From contig OX597828.1 of the NCBI GenBank assembly GCA_951406725.2, forward strand, positions 10,974,001 to 11,038,000: 64,000 nucleotides of DNA, read 5' to 3'. The translations under genes and the position numbers were made by a program. Source of the DNA: Octopus vulgaris (taxonomy: Eukaryota). Under the pieces are notes generated by a model. It saw only the letters and a program-made list of their open reading frames with translations. It did no database searches and was not told where the DNA came from. Positions 38,226-53,090 of the stretch are shown here, in pieces (the first letter of the stretch is position 1; each line of letters begins with the position of its first letter).

Positions 38226-41200
38226 TACGTTTGACTTTATTATTTCTTACAAACATTCTCCTAAGGCTGAACTACGTTCTAATTCAGTTATCGATGTCTC
38301 TGTCAAATCAGATAAGACACCACTTTTGAGCTCTGTGTCTGTCTATTTATCTGTCACAATATGCGCACATATATGTACATATCTATGTATGTGTGTGTTT
38401 GTTTTGTCTGTTTATGTATCTGACGCTCCGTGTGAATGTGTGTGTCACCAAGTGGCCTTGTAGAAATTTTTCGTTTACAGTGTTTTTATTTTCTTTCAGC
38501 CTCGCAGCTATTCAAGAACATTAACTGCGGACATACGCCTGTGGGCGCTACATACAGGGACATACCTCTAAGTTAATTCCATATAAAACACTAATGAATG
38601 ACAATAGGTCAAGACTTCTGAAGAATGTCTTATTCAGACGAAATGAATGATTACATTGCGTACGATGGTGACAGCGATAACGGTGATAATGATCATAGCG
38701 TAATGATTGGTATGCATAATTCGCTGTTTACGTCAAAAATATCAGTATAGCATGTACGATATTTAGTTACGTTCTATTCATTATCCATCCTCACACCAGA
38801 AACTGGGTTTATCTCAATTTTCTTCGTGTTATGCCATTCAGAAACGAATACACAAATTTATTGACGTTTTGCCCATCAGAAAATAGGAAAGTTGTTTGCT
38901 CATCATGGTAGAGATGATATGGTTTTACCAAATGCAATATTGATTTAGTTCTGCATGTATCAGGAAAAAAAATAATCTGCTGAAAGTGTTTATATATTTT
39001 CCGGCAGGAAATTTAATTTTGCATTGCTTAAATTCACTCTGCTGTTATAAAGAAATAGCAGTTGATTGTCAAATGTAATGTTGGCGCCCTATCCAGGGAG
39101 CCATTTGTCTTACAATCGCTTCATGACCTGAAATTAAAATACTTTCATGGCTCAGGAAACATTTACTATTTACTCATTGTTGCATTTAATGTTGAATTCC
39201 TACCATGCAAACAATTTTCAGCTTTATGCTCTAGGCTATTCAGATATGAGTCTGTATCAAGGATATAAACTACACTGAATGTTGAATAGATGATAAATCA
39301 GCATCTAAATGACTTGTTTTATCTCGACTACTAGTAATGTGATCTAACCTTTCAGAAACGGTGAGAAAACCTGTCTAATTGTGATATTTAGTGTATTGTT
39401 GTGTAGATAACAAGTTCTGGTGATATTTGACAACCTCTTGTAGAATTATCGACAATACTAAAGCTAATTGACCAGCAAACCATATGCGTTTATGATTAAT
39501 GTTAACCATGGGAAATTCAGAAAGGTTCACCTATACAGTGATTGCATCCTAATTATGTAACATTGATAACCTCTCAATAATATATCTAATATAGAATTGG
39601 CCAACAGCATAAGTCTTCATTTTGTTTGAAAATTAAGTGGATACTCTTGGGAAAGGTTAAACGCAGTTGTTTTAGAGTTCCTCCACTATTCGTATATTTC
39701 TAAATCTAAACACAATAACAAAGATAAAGTAAATAAAGGCTATACTAGCTATCAGACTCTAATTATGATCTGTCAGTTGCGGGTTCGTATAGAACCTAAG
39801 GCAGCTTACTTTCTGTTTTTTTTTTTACATAGCTTGAATACATCTTATAAATATTGAACAAAAGAAAATATTTAAGGAAAATGATATCAAGTATTTGCTT
39901 CAGACGGTGATACCTCGTATACGCAAAAGCTTCATATCTTAAACATAAAATTCTGCTCTTACTCTACGTTGCAAAACTATAGCTAACAGAAATTCTGAAG
40001 GAAGTTAAACAGTGTCAATGGCACCAGCTCATCCAATAATATAGTTTTTGGTAGATTTTTGATAATGCTACAGTGCTACTACAGAACCAACAGAAACAAT
40101 AACTACAGTTCTTCTAAGACAGTGAAATATGATTTTAAAAAGACTTGTTGATATATCCACCAAACTAGATTGGGAAATCTCACAGATATTCATTTTTTGA
40201 TTAAAGAACAAAAAATAGCTAGAATATATTTTGATGACAGTTCTCTGAACAGGATTTACCTGACATTAAGTAATATGAATTTGGTTGCAAGTTGTGGCCG
40301 CACGGGTCTGTATTGTCACATCAGATTCTAGCAATAACCATCATTTTATGCCTCACTACTTTGAACAATGCCGGATACATTAGATAATGTAGACTGGAAT
40401 AAGTTTACATGGACTGATAGAATGCCCTTCACAATCATTTTGCTTAATAATTGTTGATCTAGGAATACACGAAGCATACCAACTGATCTAGGGATCGGCT
40501 AGATCCCACAAGATTGATCTAGCTGATCCTTATGTCAGGTAGAATTTGTGATATTGCGTCTAGAGTAGCACAACAAATGTTCTAACATTTATATTAAATT
40601 ATTTGTGAAGGGCAAAAGCACCGAAGCGCCCTATAGGAAAAAGTATTTTAAACATATCTAATGACCAAACGCAAAACAGGATAATTATTTCAAAAATTCT
40701 CATGGACCTCATTTTTCTTTTTACTTGTGTAGAATAGATTAGGAGTAAAATGAACTGATGCCATAAAACCTCAGCGAGCCTACAGTTGCGACATCAATTT
40801 CGATGCAAATATCAATTTATATAATGTAGAAAGCGTAAGAGTCGAGGTTCCCCTAGATTTCCAGGCTTTAAGATGAGATTTTAAGTCTGAATGGAGTAGA
40901 CTTAAAATCACCAGATACCACTGGTATTCTTTTTTCTCTGTGTATTGAAGTCATGTTAAATGAAGCGCCTTGCTTAAAAGCAGAACACATCACCTGGTCC
41001 AAAATTCGAGCCCTGCGACTTAACGATCATATGTCCAACACATAAACCATTAAGCTAAGCTCCTTTACCATTTTTTGTATCTAATATTACATGAGCCAAT
41101 AGTTGTCTGTTTCCAAGGCGATGAAATTTAATTTGAGGGAACTTATTGTCTGCAGTTTCTAGCAGGTGAAACGGCAATATAGACGCTCGTTTGTTGACTC

Positions 41201-41964
41201 AGCTTTCAGAACCTTGCGCGTTGCAAGCGGTGGATTATCAGGAGCATATAACACCACATACTTCGTCTATCCGCATATATTTCATTCAAACAAATATGTT
41301 AATAGGATAATTCTAAGTATTATGCTTTAAATATATTTAAACAAGAGGAAAACGAAGAATTGCCGTCTTTATGACGAGTGCCATAGCATCAGATTGTAAA
41401 TCGATTACTCACTAGTTGTGACATCGAAACCTTTGTATGTAGTTGCCGACTTTGAAAGCCTTACACTAAATTTTCATTGTTCCGTTCCACTTAACTATTA
41501 AGAATATGACTATATGTTAGGCTTTTCAAACAATACTTACTACAAAGCAACGCCTAGTACTGCAGCGGCTTCATTACTCACTTGTTCTAACGTATGGAAG
41601 CCAGAGTTATGATAGTAATATTTATGAAATTTTTATAATGCGAAAGCTTATTTGCTTACAAATGGGGTTTGGTAAACCGTCATGTTCAGCATTTCTTTTA
41701 AGGGTGTTTAAAGGTGTTAACCAGAAGAAAAATGATATCGAAGATTTAAAATTCTATTATCAGTATCGGTTTATTTGTCTTTAACTTAAACGTTCAACTG
41801 CATCATGAACGAGCTGCACGTGTGTATTTTAGTTTCTGTTTAAGCATAAAGATTCCGTATTTTAACGTTGGTGACAGAAAATGTTTCAATGGATTAGAAA
41901 TTTTGGCTTGACCGGGTTCCTTCTGTTCTTCTAGAACATTTTTAATACCACAGTATGTAAATAT

Positions 41965-42170
41965 TGGCTTCAAATTTTGGCACAAGGCCAGCAAATACCA
42001 GGAAGTAGGTATCACATAGACTCCACTGTTTAACTTGTGCTTATTTTATCAATTCCGAGAATACGAAAGGCAATGTCGATCACGGCGCAATTTGAACGTA
42101 GAACGTAAAGACCGACGAAATATCGTTGTGTTTTGCCCTGTGTGCTAACGATTTTACCAGCTCACCGCTT
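41965..42170 (-). mobile_element. SINE, Meta/MESC-like family
   Basis: TTCAAATTTTGGCACAAGGCCAGC...GAAAGGCAATGTCGA...CCAGCTCACCGC. Confidence 0.8.
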
Positions 42171-43699
42171 TACAGTGTGCAAATATTAAGGTCACTAAAG
42201 GGTTATTAGAAATATTATTGTTCTCACATCTTTCAAATATGTCAAATATCTCGTATTTGAAATAATTGTGTTGAGATAATATAGAAGAGTATGCGTTCCA
42301 TCTGAAATGGTCTGTTCTTGATACCTTACCAGAATCGTGTCCTTTTATTTATGGACATCATTAAAAAACGTGCCAACAGTGTTACCTCCATGTGGTTATC
42401 CGACCTGCAAGAGGTAACTGCTAGCTCGTCCTCACATCACTCTCTAGCGTCTTGAAAAGTACCGTACACTCTAAACAAAATAGTCCTTGATGTACAAAAA
42501 GATAGACGTTCTTGCCTAGTAGGTCTTTTATTATGCTCGATTGAGACTCATCTAGACCTAGATAACAACATAAAATGCACGGATATTTATTTAGTTTGTT
42601 GTTCTTTCTCCACTCGCCACAAAAAATCTTTCATATTTGGAAGGACGAACTTTAAGTTGCGGCGTTGGCCTTTAACTCGCGACATTAAACACAGGAAAAT
42701 AGTTCATTTTGATAATAAATAAAATACAATTGTAGTATGCTTTAACTGAGAAACGTTGAACTGTGGTAGTGATGCCTTACTCAACATTATTATTGGTCCA
42801 AGTAAAATGAATTAATATGAGATGAAAATAGAAACCGCAGCGCCAAATCGTGTTTATTTTATCGTTTCTCTCAATCATACAGGAAAGACTTTTGACATAG
42901 ACGTGCTAATATTTCAAGTTCCATTTCAACATGCTGCTTTCATTCTTTAAAACTTCCACGCAAATTTAATTTAAAGTTTGCTTACAATTTTCATTTTAAC
43001 CCTTTTAATATCATTTTTTTCTGGGGGAGACATTGCTTTTAATCTTTGTTTGGCTTCGATAATGACTGATAAGAAATATATCTAATAATGCAGCAATTAG
43101 CATTAAATTTCGTAAACAGAAAAGTGCCTTTGATTATATATTTATCGGAGAATCTATCAACTAGACCTTACTATGCTATCAAATTCATGCTGTAATTGTG
43201 TCCATTTTTATCTGACTTCTTCCCAAACGGCCGATAATTGCTTCGTTAATAACTTCCGGTCTTATAACCTTTTGGCAACATTGCAAACTGCCTTCCCTTA
43301 TAGATACCATCTTTGTGATTAATATATTATTTTCTCATCAAAAGTACTAGCTTCAGTTAATTGCCGCTGCCAGCACATCCGATCTGCATTTATATAGCAT
43401 TTAATGTGTGATGCCACAGCGTGAAAGGAATTTAACATGATGCATCTTTCACAACTAAATGGCAATCCGTATCACATTCTCTGGATTCGTCTTTGGAAGA
43501 CCTTAGATAAAAATCACCGTTCAGTGACATAAAAGCTGCTCTTTCCGACGGTAGTGAGTAAGGTTTATGAATACATAGAAAATATTGTACGCTACGTTTA
43601 AGAAATATATGCAACCTATCACGTGTTAAGCAGGCTATGTGCTTAAACCAGACTTCGTGCGTCATTTGTTTCTTCGTTTATCTGTTTGGAAAGTAATGA

Positions 43700-44077
43700 G
43701 ACACACACACACACGCTCGCCCACATATACATACACATTTACATATCGCATTATACATACACGCTCACACACACACATACATAAACTTATCAACACGTGC
43801 ACACACAATGTATATATATATATATATATATACATACATGCATATATATATATATATATATATACATACATGCATATATATATATACATACATGCATATA
43901 TATATACATACATGCATACATATATATATATATACATGCATACATATATATATATATACACATATATATATACACATATATATATACATATATATATACA
44001 CATATATATATATATACATATATATATACGCATATATAAATACACATATATATATATATATACATATATATATACAC

Positions 44078-44108
<31 letters not shown>

Positions 44109-44344
44109 CACATATATATATACACATATACATATATATACATATATATATACATATATATATACATATATATATACATATATATATACATATATATATA
44201 TACATATATATATACATATATATATACATATATATATACACATATATATATATACATATATATATACATATATATACACACATATATATATACATACATA
44301 CATATATATACATACATATACACATATATATACATATTTATATA

Positions 44345-44400
<56 letters not shown>

Positions 44401-44517
44401 TATTAACATATATATATATATATATATACATATATATTAACATATATATATATATATACATATATATTAACATATATATATAAACATTTATATATACATA
44501 TATGTATATATATACAT

Positions 44518-44581
<64 letters not shown>
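43700..44581. repeat. Long (TA)n/(TACA) compound microsatellite
   Basis: Direct inspection; source of the 200+ aa YI/HI ORFs. Confidence 0.95.
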
Positions 44582-44583
<2 letters not shown>

Positions 44584-45547
44584 CTATTTTGTTTGTCTTC
44601 GACATTCCCATTCTTCTTTTTCATTGTAGTTTCGCGTTATTTCTTCTCTTCCTGTATATGGTCCTAATTCCTTCTTAATTCTTTGGTTTTTGCTCCCATA
44701 TTGGTTTGTCATCACCCACTCCGTCTCTTCAATTATTTCTTCTTTGAAATCATATTTAATCTCTACAACAACTTCCTCTTTCATCTTCATTGAATTTCAC
44801 TAAGCAAGTTATAATGAAATGAAAACAAATTATAGGCGCTATTACATAGCCCCTTGGCCTGAAATATGCCCTTGTTAGATATCCCTGAAATCACATCATT
44901 ATCTTCAAAATAAAAATTAGAAACATAAGTATATGATTCTATATTCTCCTAAAAAAAAAAAGAGATAGTTACAGATGGAATGTGTTTAGAGATATTTTTG
45001 ATAGGGGCTGGCAGATGGCAAGCAAACTTCAATCATGGCTCTTTAATGCGTTATGTAATTTGCCTAAGAATTCCAAATTATAATTTTCCCGAACAATTCC
45101 AAATTGTTTTCATATATTACAGCCATAGTAACAACCGTATATTAAATGGTTACTAGTTTCTTTTTTTAATGATACCTACATCACATACGTTTACATTAAC
45201 TCTGCTTTTGTTTACACATACAGATATATTACCATCAAGGAATTAGTTCTCTGCAAACATGTACTTTCTCTACCTTTTACTGTATATTCATGACCGATAA
45301 TTTTACTTTTGATTAAACAGCATACACCCTAACGTTTTGGGGCCATCGTGCTTTGTATCACAGAGTACTCTACATTGCCGATTTCATTGTAAATATTTAA
45401 TTTATCTTCCCTCGCAGTCACCCTTTCAAAGGAAGTGGAAGGAGCCTTAACCTTATATTGTTCAATCTTCATAGCAAATTCTTCTGCGAAATCGAACACT
45501 TGTATGGAATATTTTTTTTACTTTTCCAGATTATCTGCTGTTTATTC

Positions 45548-46135
45548 AAATTCCGGATTTCCCATAGCAAGGCCCTTTTCCCAATATCAAAGGCCTTGGT
45601 TAATTCGATGACTACCTGAACAAGATCCATATTCTGCTCCTGTCTCTTCTCCTGCATGCGACTTCCTGTCATAATCATATCCATCGTCCCTCTATCAGAT
45701 TGGAAGCCACATTGAGATTCAAATACCTCATTTACGAGACACCTATTCAAGCGGTTAAGAAGAATATTTGCCAGATCCTTGCCAGCAGTTGATAGTAGAA
45801 GAATACCTCTGTAGTTACCACACATTATACTGGCTCCTTTTCCTTTATAGAGAGGAAGAATAATTGCATCCTTCCAGCCCTTAGGCGTTGCACCATCCCT
45901 CCAGACTACACTAATAAGTTCATGAAGTGACTGTATGATGTAATCACCACAAAATCACAAGATCTCAGCCCAAATTCCATCCCTTCCAGGTGACCTATCA
46001 AAATTCAATTTACTTATTGCTATTAGTACCTCATCTATTGAGGTCTTGGAATTTAATGATAGGTTTTCGTTGCATAGTATTAATCACTGTTTCATTCAAA
46101 ACTGACACATGGTTTAGGAGTTCAGAAAAGTCTTC
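45548..46135 (-). mobile_element. RTE-clade LINE reverse transcriptase fragment (degenerate)
   Basis: LHELISVVWRDGATPKGWKDAIILPLYKGKG...CGNYRGILLLSTAGK...ILLNRL...ESQCGF...RGTMDMI...QEK...ELTKAFD. Confidence 0.88.
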
Positions 46136-48174
46136 AATACAGGAAACCTCCCCTGCCACCGGGTGAGCAGTGCCCTCTCCAAATGGAGCTGCTCAGACAC
46201 CCATGCAGCAACAAAATTCTATCACCGACTTTATATCTAGCATGGGCCGCCTACGTGCAGGTCGCAGACTAAATGCTTCCAACCCGTCAGGTCTGCATCT
46301 TTCGCCACCTTCCCATCGCCACAGGACTTGTGAATAAAATTAGAATATATACTAAAAATAAAATACATATATACTGAAAATAAAATAAATAAATATCTAT
46401 ATAAGGAAAAAAATTAAAATAAAAGCAACACATATCGAGCAGAGTTTTAGGTCCAATAAGGCTTGCATGACACCTCATAGACCCTCTCCACTCTATTGAC
46501 ATTATCCAGAGACAAGTCAGAGCAAGACGTCTGGTGCCAATAAGAATCGGAGGCTCAGGTATGTGGGAGCACCATGATCTCAAGCACAAACCAAAGATCC
46601 TCAAAATGTCCAATGCCATTCCCTACATATCTGGTTTTAAATCAGAGTGACCTTCTCCTATAGACATGCTTCAACAGAAGCTGAGGTGTGCCTCACTCTC
46701 AGTGGTCTTCTAGCACGCCGGACCCCCCCCCCCGGATTTTGCGTACCCGCGTTATTGCTAGATAGCTGTTGAGCCTGCGCTATGTTCATCCGACTTTTCT
46801 GCAGATCTTTTTTAAAATCCCGCTGGGTTTCTTGCAACCGTCCTCACCAGGATAGCCTTGTAGGGATGCCGGTTTGGTCACCGGCAACCCGACCATGCAA
46901 CATGTTGTACTGGATTCCATGTTACCAGTGGCATTTATGAGAGGCTCATAAGTGACCTGACATATTTTGTCGTACATATATACATAAGTACACACATGCA
47001 ATATACAGAAAGATAGATAGTTGGATAGATAGATAGACAGAGACACAGGTAGACAGACAGACAGACAGACAGAGAGGGAGGCAGACAACCAAACACACAG
47101 ACAGGACCATATCCATACAGGCAAACATACATGCACGCACACATACCCACACACAAGTACATACACAGGGACACACACACGCACACACATACGTATCAGC
47201 TATGATTGTGCAATACGACCATACCCAAACGTGCCACAGAAGTATATAATAGATTGTTTACTGTTTAAAAAAAGCTCTCGGTGAAGTGTAGATGGATCAA
47301 CATTGCAAATTTTTCGCAAATTTACTCTCATTAGATCACCTTATTCTGACAATAAAACTATGAAAATAAGAAAAAGAAAGCAATAGTTATACCATTATTA
47401 GTGCCACTTAACAAACGGTATCCCTGACAATGTAGCTATTGTCTGCCAAATTATTTCTAATTCTTCTATTAACCAGCTGCATCCGGCTTAAAGATTTTCT
47501 TAAAGAAGTCGCGTGGGAAAAAGTGTCTGCGGTGTGAAGAACTCGGAGAAAATATATAATATATAAAAATAAACCAGCAACAAAAAATAACATTATCGAA
47601 ATAAATTTGCACATTATAGTGCTATTTCTCTCCTTTAGATGTTGATCACTGTTGCATGACGGGAAGTTTTAAAAAGTTAGATATCAACAAGACTGCTCTC
47701 ACGTGATTACAGAGAAAGACATCTGCTGCCATTGTTTTCTTTCGCTTTGTTATCTTCTTTTACTGAACCCATTCTTTGTCGAATCGGAAGCCATTCAACT
47801 TTCGTGACTTTGCCAATAGAAGCCAAAATACTAAAACATCGACTTCTATCGAATTATATTTTTGTCGTCCATTCCTTTGTAGGTGATTCTTTATTTCTTG
47901 AATCAATTACTATGTTTAAGGACTCTAGTAGATAGCTCAATAATGGAAGGATCAATCGGAAGTAAGATTCATTTTTGTTGTTAGTTTCTTATTTATATAT
48001 TTATCCTATGTATTTTTTATCATGTTTTTCGTTTTTGTTTTTTGTTCGCTTTCTTTTAGAAATTCTGCCATACTGACTTCATGTTTCCATTTTGGATATT
48101 TCACACTTTCGTCTTATAAACCTAAAGATTTGTTACACGAAATACTATTTAATAGTAATACTAAACCTATAGAA

Positions 48175-48380
48175 GACGGCAAGCTGGCAGAATCGTTAGC
48201 ACGCCGGCCAAAATGCTTAGCGGCATTTCGTCCGTCTTTACGTTTTGAGTTCAAATTCCTCCGTAGTCGTCTTTGCTTTTCATCCGTTCGAGGACGGTGA
48301 AATAAATACCAGCTGAACACTGGGGTCGATGTAATCAACTTACTCTTTGCCCCAAAAGTGCCAAAATTTGAAGCCAATAT
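48175..48380 (+). mobile_element. SINE, Meta/MESC-like family
   Basis: GGCAAGCTGGCAGAATCGTTAGCACGCCGG...GAGTTCAAATTCC...CTGGGGTCGATGTAATC. Confidence 0.85.
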
Positions 48381-49375
48381 TAAGTCTATAAACAACTAAA
48401 TTACGTTACTTCTATGTAAAACAAGACCAGTTGGGAAGGAGACAAGCTCTCTTTTCCTCTGACGTATCAGCGCGCCGGTTTCACTTCAATCAGGAATCGC
48501 TTTTCATTAAATACACTGTTAATGCCAGGACCCAACAACATAGCAAAAATATGGGTATCACTCAGTCTCAATTATCTTCTCCATAAAATTCTGTTTCTGT
48601 GCCAAAAGTAGGATATGATTATAGTTTTGGCAACAGTTTTGATCCTAAGACCAGTTGGAAAAGTCATCCTTCCTAATAATTAAATACACGAACACATTAC
48701 GATAATTATTATTATTAGCATCATAATTATTTTATTGTTACTATAATTATTATTATCTACGCTTTCTTATTATCTGCTTATGAATATATGCCACGACATA
48801 GATCAGTGATCATTTCACAGGAATTTGGCCAAAGGCATCGATACCAATAAGCAGTAATTAAAAATAATAGAAAGAATGAATAATAAATTCTGTGTGCGTG
48901 TGTGTATGTATGTGTGCGTGTATGTGTGTGTGCATGTATGTGTGTGCGTGTATGCGTGTGTGTATATGTTTAATTATTGGCAAACACAATGCTTACACAA
49001 AGAAATCAATATAAAAATTTTGCGCAAACAAAAAGTCTCAATAAATTAGATAATGAATAAATTCTCGCATACTGAGAAAGACGAGATGGTTACGATTGGA
49101 AAGGCTTTGATCATAGGACTGCTCAGTTTATATTGATCTCAAGGTTAACAACAAAAAGAGTTACAGCTATAGCGAAACAGGAAGAGGGGTAGCCGACACA
49201 TTCAGTGAGCCATCGAAAGTGTTACTGCACAGAGTATAAAGATACTTTTGTGTGGGCAAAATTTGCATTTGTATATGTAGGCATGTACCTATGTATACAC
49301 ATATGCATGAATGTATGCATTCATGTATGTATATATGAATGTATGTATGTATACATGTATGTATGTATGTATGTA

Positions 49376-49935
49376 TTGGGTTGTCCGGAAAGTTCGTGTC
49401 GAGTTTTAAAGGAAAGAAAAGGGTCAATAAATACTTTCCATTACATTTTTAATCAACCAGATATGAACCATTTTGTTGCACAATGTGTCTCCATCTTTCC
49501 TTTAACTTGAAAATACCCTCTTCCCAGAATTGAGGTGGTTTCGTGGCAAAGAATTCATCAAGGTATCTTTTTACGTCATCTAAGGAATTGACATTTGTTA
49601 CCATTAAGACTATTCTGCAGAGACCTGAATAAGTGGAAATCCGAAGGAGCAACATCTGGTGAATATAGAGGGTGGGGGGTAACACATCCCAGCCGAGCTG
49701 CAGCAATTTTTCTCCGCTTCCCAAAGCATCAAATGCCGAAAATGAACTTCCATTTTAAAAGGTTACAGAATTAACACAGGTTATAGGAACATAAACATTC
49801 TTCCACGAAAAGATAGTTTAAACTGTTCTCTAAATGTAGGTGTAGTCAAATCCTATTTTATGAACTCAACCATGTTCTAAAATACGTCGAAATGTAAGCT
49901 ACTATAAACCGGCACGAACTTTCCGGACAACCCAA
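49376..49935 (-). mobile_element. Internally deleted mariner (560 bp; second DD34D-type lineage)
   Basis: TIRs TTGGGTTGTCCGGAAAGTTCGTG(T/C)CG flanked by TA. Minus strand joins MEVHFRHLMLW directly to the C-terminus (YSPDVAPSDFHLFRSLQN; EFFATKPPQFWEEGIFKLKERWRHIVQQNGSY). Confidence 0.93.
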
Positions 49936-50444
49936 TATCTATGTATGTATATGTGTGTGTATGTATGCATATATGTAGGTATGTATATGTGCAATGATAA
50001 TGCCAACATCTAGAATATGCCCCAGCTTCACCAGCATTAAGGGTTTACGACAAACAAAAATCCGATTAACTTGCGGTGACTGTGAGGACTTGAAGAATTA
50101 TCGTAAATTAGAAAGACTAGAAAATAGGATAAAAGAAAGTGAGTGTAGACAAAAAGCAAACAAGAATTTGAAGACCCCACAAAACGAGAGTTGTCTCAGT
50201 GAAAAATCCGGGCCATCAAGGCTGGTCGAAACGACTTCTTGGAGAGATTGTAATAGCTGAAAGAAAACGAAGGGGATATTATGCAGACGAATAAAATTAT
50301 GGAAGACGATATATTGAGAAGACAAAAGACTAGATCACTGCCAAAAAGTGGACAGCTTCTTGGTTAACTGAAACTGAAAAATGTTAGGAAGAGTGAATTT
50401 CTTGTTGGATTTTCTATATCATTTGTATCCAAAGCCTGCACAGT

Positions 50445-50730
50445 TCCTTCTCGAGCTATGCCTGGCTCATAAGGGCCGGTTTCTTGGTTTCTTGGCGTAT
50501 AGGTTCCCCTCCTGGATGGGACGCCGGTCCCTCGTAGGTGAGCTGCAAGAGGAGAGAGTGAGAGAAAGTTGTGGCGAAAGAGTCAGCAGAAGTTTCGCTA
50601 TTACCTTCTGCCGGAGCTGCGAGGAGCTTAGGTGTTTCGCTCATAAACACACACATCGCCCGCTCTGAGATTCGAACCCGCAATCCTTCGACCGTGAGTC
50701 CGCTGCTCTAACCACTAGGCCATGTGCCTC
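50445..50730 (-). mobile_element. tRNA-derived SINE (copy of 11066 family)
   Basis: High-identity reverse complement of 11066-11373. Confidence 0.9.
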
Positions 50731-51199
50731 TACATAGTTTAACATACTAATCAAAGATATTAACAACAGATATAAATAAAAGAGTACTCTTTTGGCTTAG
50801 TTTGATTTTTCATTTGTTGCTGTTTTTCACTTTCTTCTTATGATAAGTGCATTAGATTTTATAATTCTGACGGTTGTCTATCTGAAAATTTGCCATTCAT
50901 TTATCTATGTATTTTCTGTATCTGTTTATTATTGATGCCGCTTTGCTCAGGCAAACTACCAAAAGACTTCTGATAGCCATTCCTTCCTCTGCTCAGGTCC
51001 TCTGTGTCTACCTATAGCACAGTCTACAAAATGTTGTTTAAGTGTTACACAACGCTGAAAGGTGGAGTATGTATCTATTCTTTATTTTTTTAAATTGTTT
51101 CTTCGGGAGGAGAATCGTGATGAGCTATACTTCACCACATTGTGATAGACAGCTCTATACACCAACCACTCTATCAATATATAGTAACACATTAATTTT

Positions 51200-52120
51200 A
51201 ATTTATATTTCTGTTGAATATTTTAACCAGAAATCCTTGTCTTCCGGTGTTTGACTTATTGTACTCTTTCGGTTACTACTTATTTTCTTATCGCCTCCCC
51301 TTGATTTTTCAGGTGATCTGTTTTCAAAAGTGTTGTTCTTGGTCAATCATTGCTCACACTCTCCCTTGAAATTATTCTATATCTCTTACTGGTGCTTCTG
51401 GATATAAATTAGTTTTCTCTTTTTGCTGATATAGATATTTTGCTATTTTATTTGTTCTAAGAATCGTTCTCTCTCTCCCTATGCGCATATTCTTTACGAT
51501 TTCGTGAAGATCTCTTGTTTCAGGCGTTCTTTGATTACATCAACTTCTTTATGCCAATATCTTTACAATCTTATTCTCCATTTTTTATGTTTATATTTCA
51601 TGTCGTTTGCTGTATTTCGATAGACCTATATGACCTACTTTCTTTGTAACTTCAGTGGCTATTGCATACATTTCATTTAACCTAGTGATCATGATGTTCA
51701 ATTCCGTTTTTGGTAAGGCCGTCATAGCTAGCTTTGTGTTTTTATAGTTCTATTTTATCGTAGTGTTTTATCCTCGGACATACTTCCGTTGGTCTATAGA
51801 TAGATCTATGTTCTTTTATAATTTATTTCCGACTGCTCATAGTTTCCTCTTTAACAATTTTACGCTCCCAGATCTTCTCACGTTCTTTTATATTTATACT
51901 TTGTCCAGTGATTCTCTGGTTCAGTTTTTGTTGCTCAAAAAGCTGTTGGTGTCCTAGGATGTATTTCTTAGACGTGTTCCTATTTTATTTTGTTTGATTT
52001 GCATGTCCATGCCTGTATCAGCAGTTTACGTCCTGAATCGGTTTACCTTTGTTATTTCTTTTGTGTTCATACCTCAGAGTACATTACGTTTTTTTTTTCT
52101 TTCAGCTGCTGAATTCCGAT
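51200..52120 (-). mobile_element. Possible highly decayed R4/Dong-like LINE N-terminal region
   Basis: Broken frames give ...NEMYAIATEVTKKVG... and KNNTFEN...PEDKDFWLK, reminiscent of R4-clade pre-RT motifs. A-rich minus strand. Confidence 0.3.
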
Positions 52121-52151
52121 TTCTAACATATATATAAATATATATATTACA

Positions 52152-52431
52152 ATCACGTCATGTGACCGACCAGGCTATCAGATGTTGACACACATCGCTG
52201 GTCACAATGTGCTTCACATTGTTTTAACCTTCAAATGACGCCAACCCGCTGGCTAAGGGAGCAGGCCAACAGAAGAAAGAGTGAGATAAAGTTGTGGCGA
52301 AAGAGTACAACAGGGGTCGTGACCATCTCCTGCCAGGTGTTTTCGCTCAATAAACACTCACAATGCCCAGTCTGGGAAACGAAACCGCGATCCTACGACC
52401 GCAAGTCCGCTGCCCTAACCACTGGGCCTCC

Positions 52432-52432
<1 letters not shown>
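52152..52432 (-). mobile_element. tRNA-derived SINE (copy of 34838 family)
   Basis: Reverse-complement match including the GTGACCGACCAGGCTATCAGATG tail. Confidence 0.85.
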
Positions 52433-52522
<90 letters not shown>

Positions 52523-52715
52523 ATCCAGCGTTACGTTTGGATTCAGGCAATTTCCATTCAAATTTTACACAGAAATATTACCGTACTTCCGTTTTCAGGA
52601 AGAAAGGGAGTAGCTGTAAAAAATACATGTAGAATCTAAACACATTCCTCTCGTATCTAATTATACATTTTCTGTTTTATTTGCAAGACTTGAAGGCAAA
52701 ATTTAGCCCTTTCAA

Positions 52716-53090
52716 GGCGGCGGCCTGGCAGAAACGTTAGCACACCAGTCGGAATGCTTAGCTGTATTTCGTCTGCCGTTACGTTCTGAGTTCAAATTCC
52801 GCCGAGGTCGACTTTGCCTTTCATCCTTTCGGGGTCAATTAAATAAGTATCAATTACGCACTGGGGTCGATATAATCGACTTAATCCGTTTGTCTGTGCT
52901 TGTTTGTCCCCTCTGTGTTTAGCCCATTATGGGCAGTAAAGAAATAGGTATTTCGTCTACCGTTACGGTCTGAGTTCAAATTTCGCCGAGGTCGATAAAT
53001 TAAGTACCAGTAACGCACTGGGATCGGTGTAATCGATTTAATCCCTTTGTCCCATCTGTGTTTAGCCCCTTGTGGGCAATAAAGAGATAA
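52716..53090 (+). mobile_element. Dimeric SINE
   Basis: Head plus two bodies; junction AAAGAAATAG|GTATTTCGTC near 52947. The second body has a deletion between GGTCGA repeats. Confidence 0.88.

Noticed and set aside
40450-40530. Cluster of GATCTAG/GATC motifs
   Set aside because: Irregular spacing and no clear structure; could be chance or slippage.
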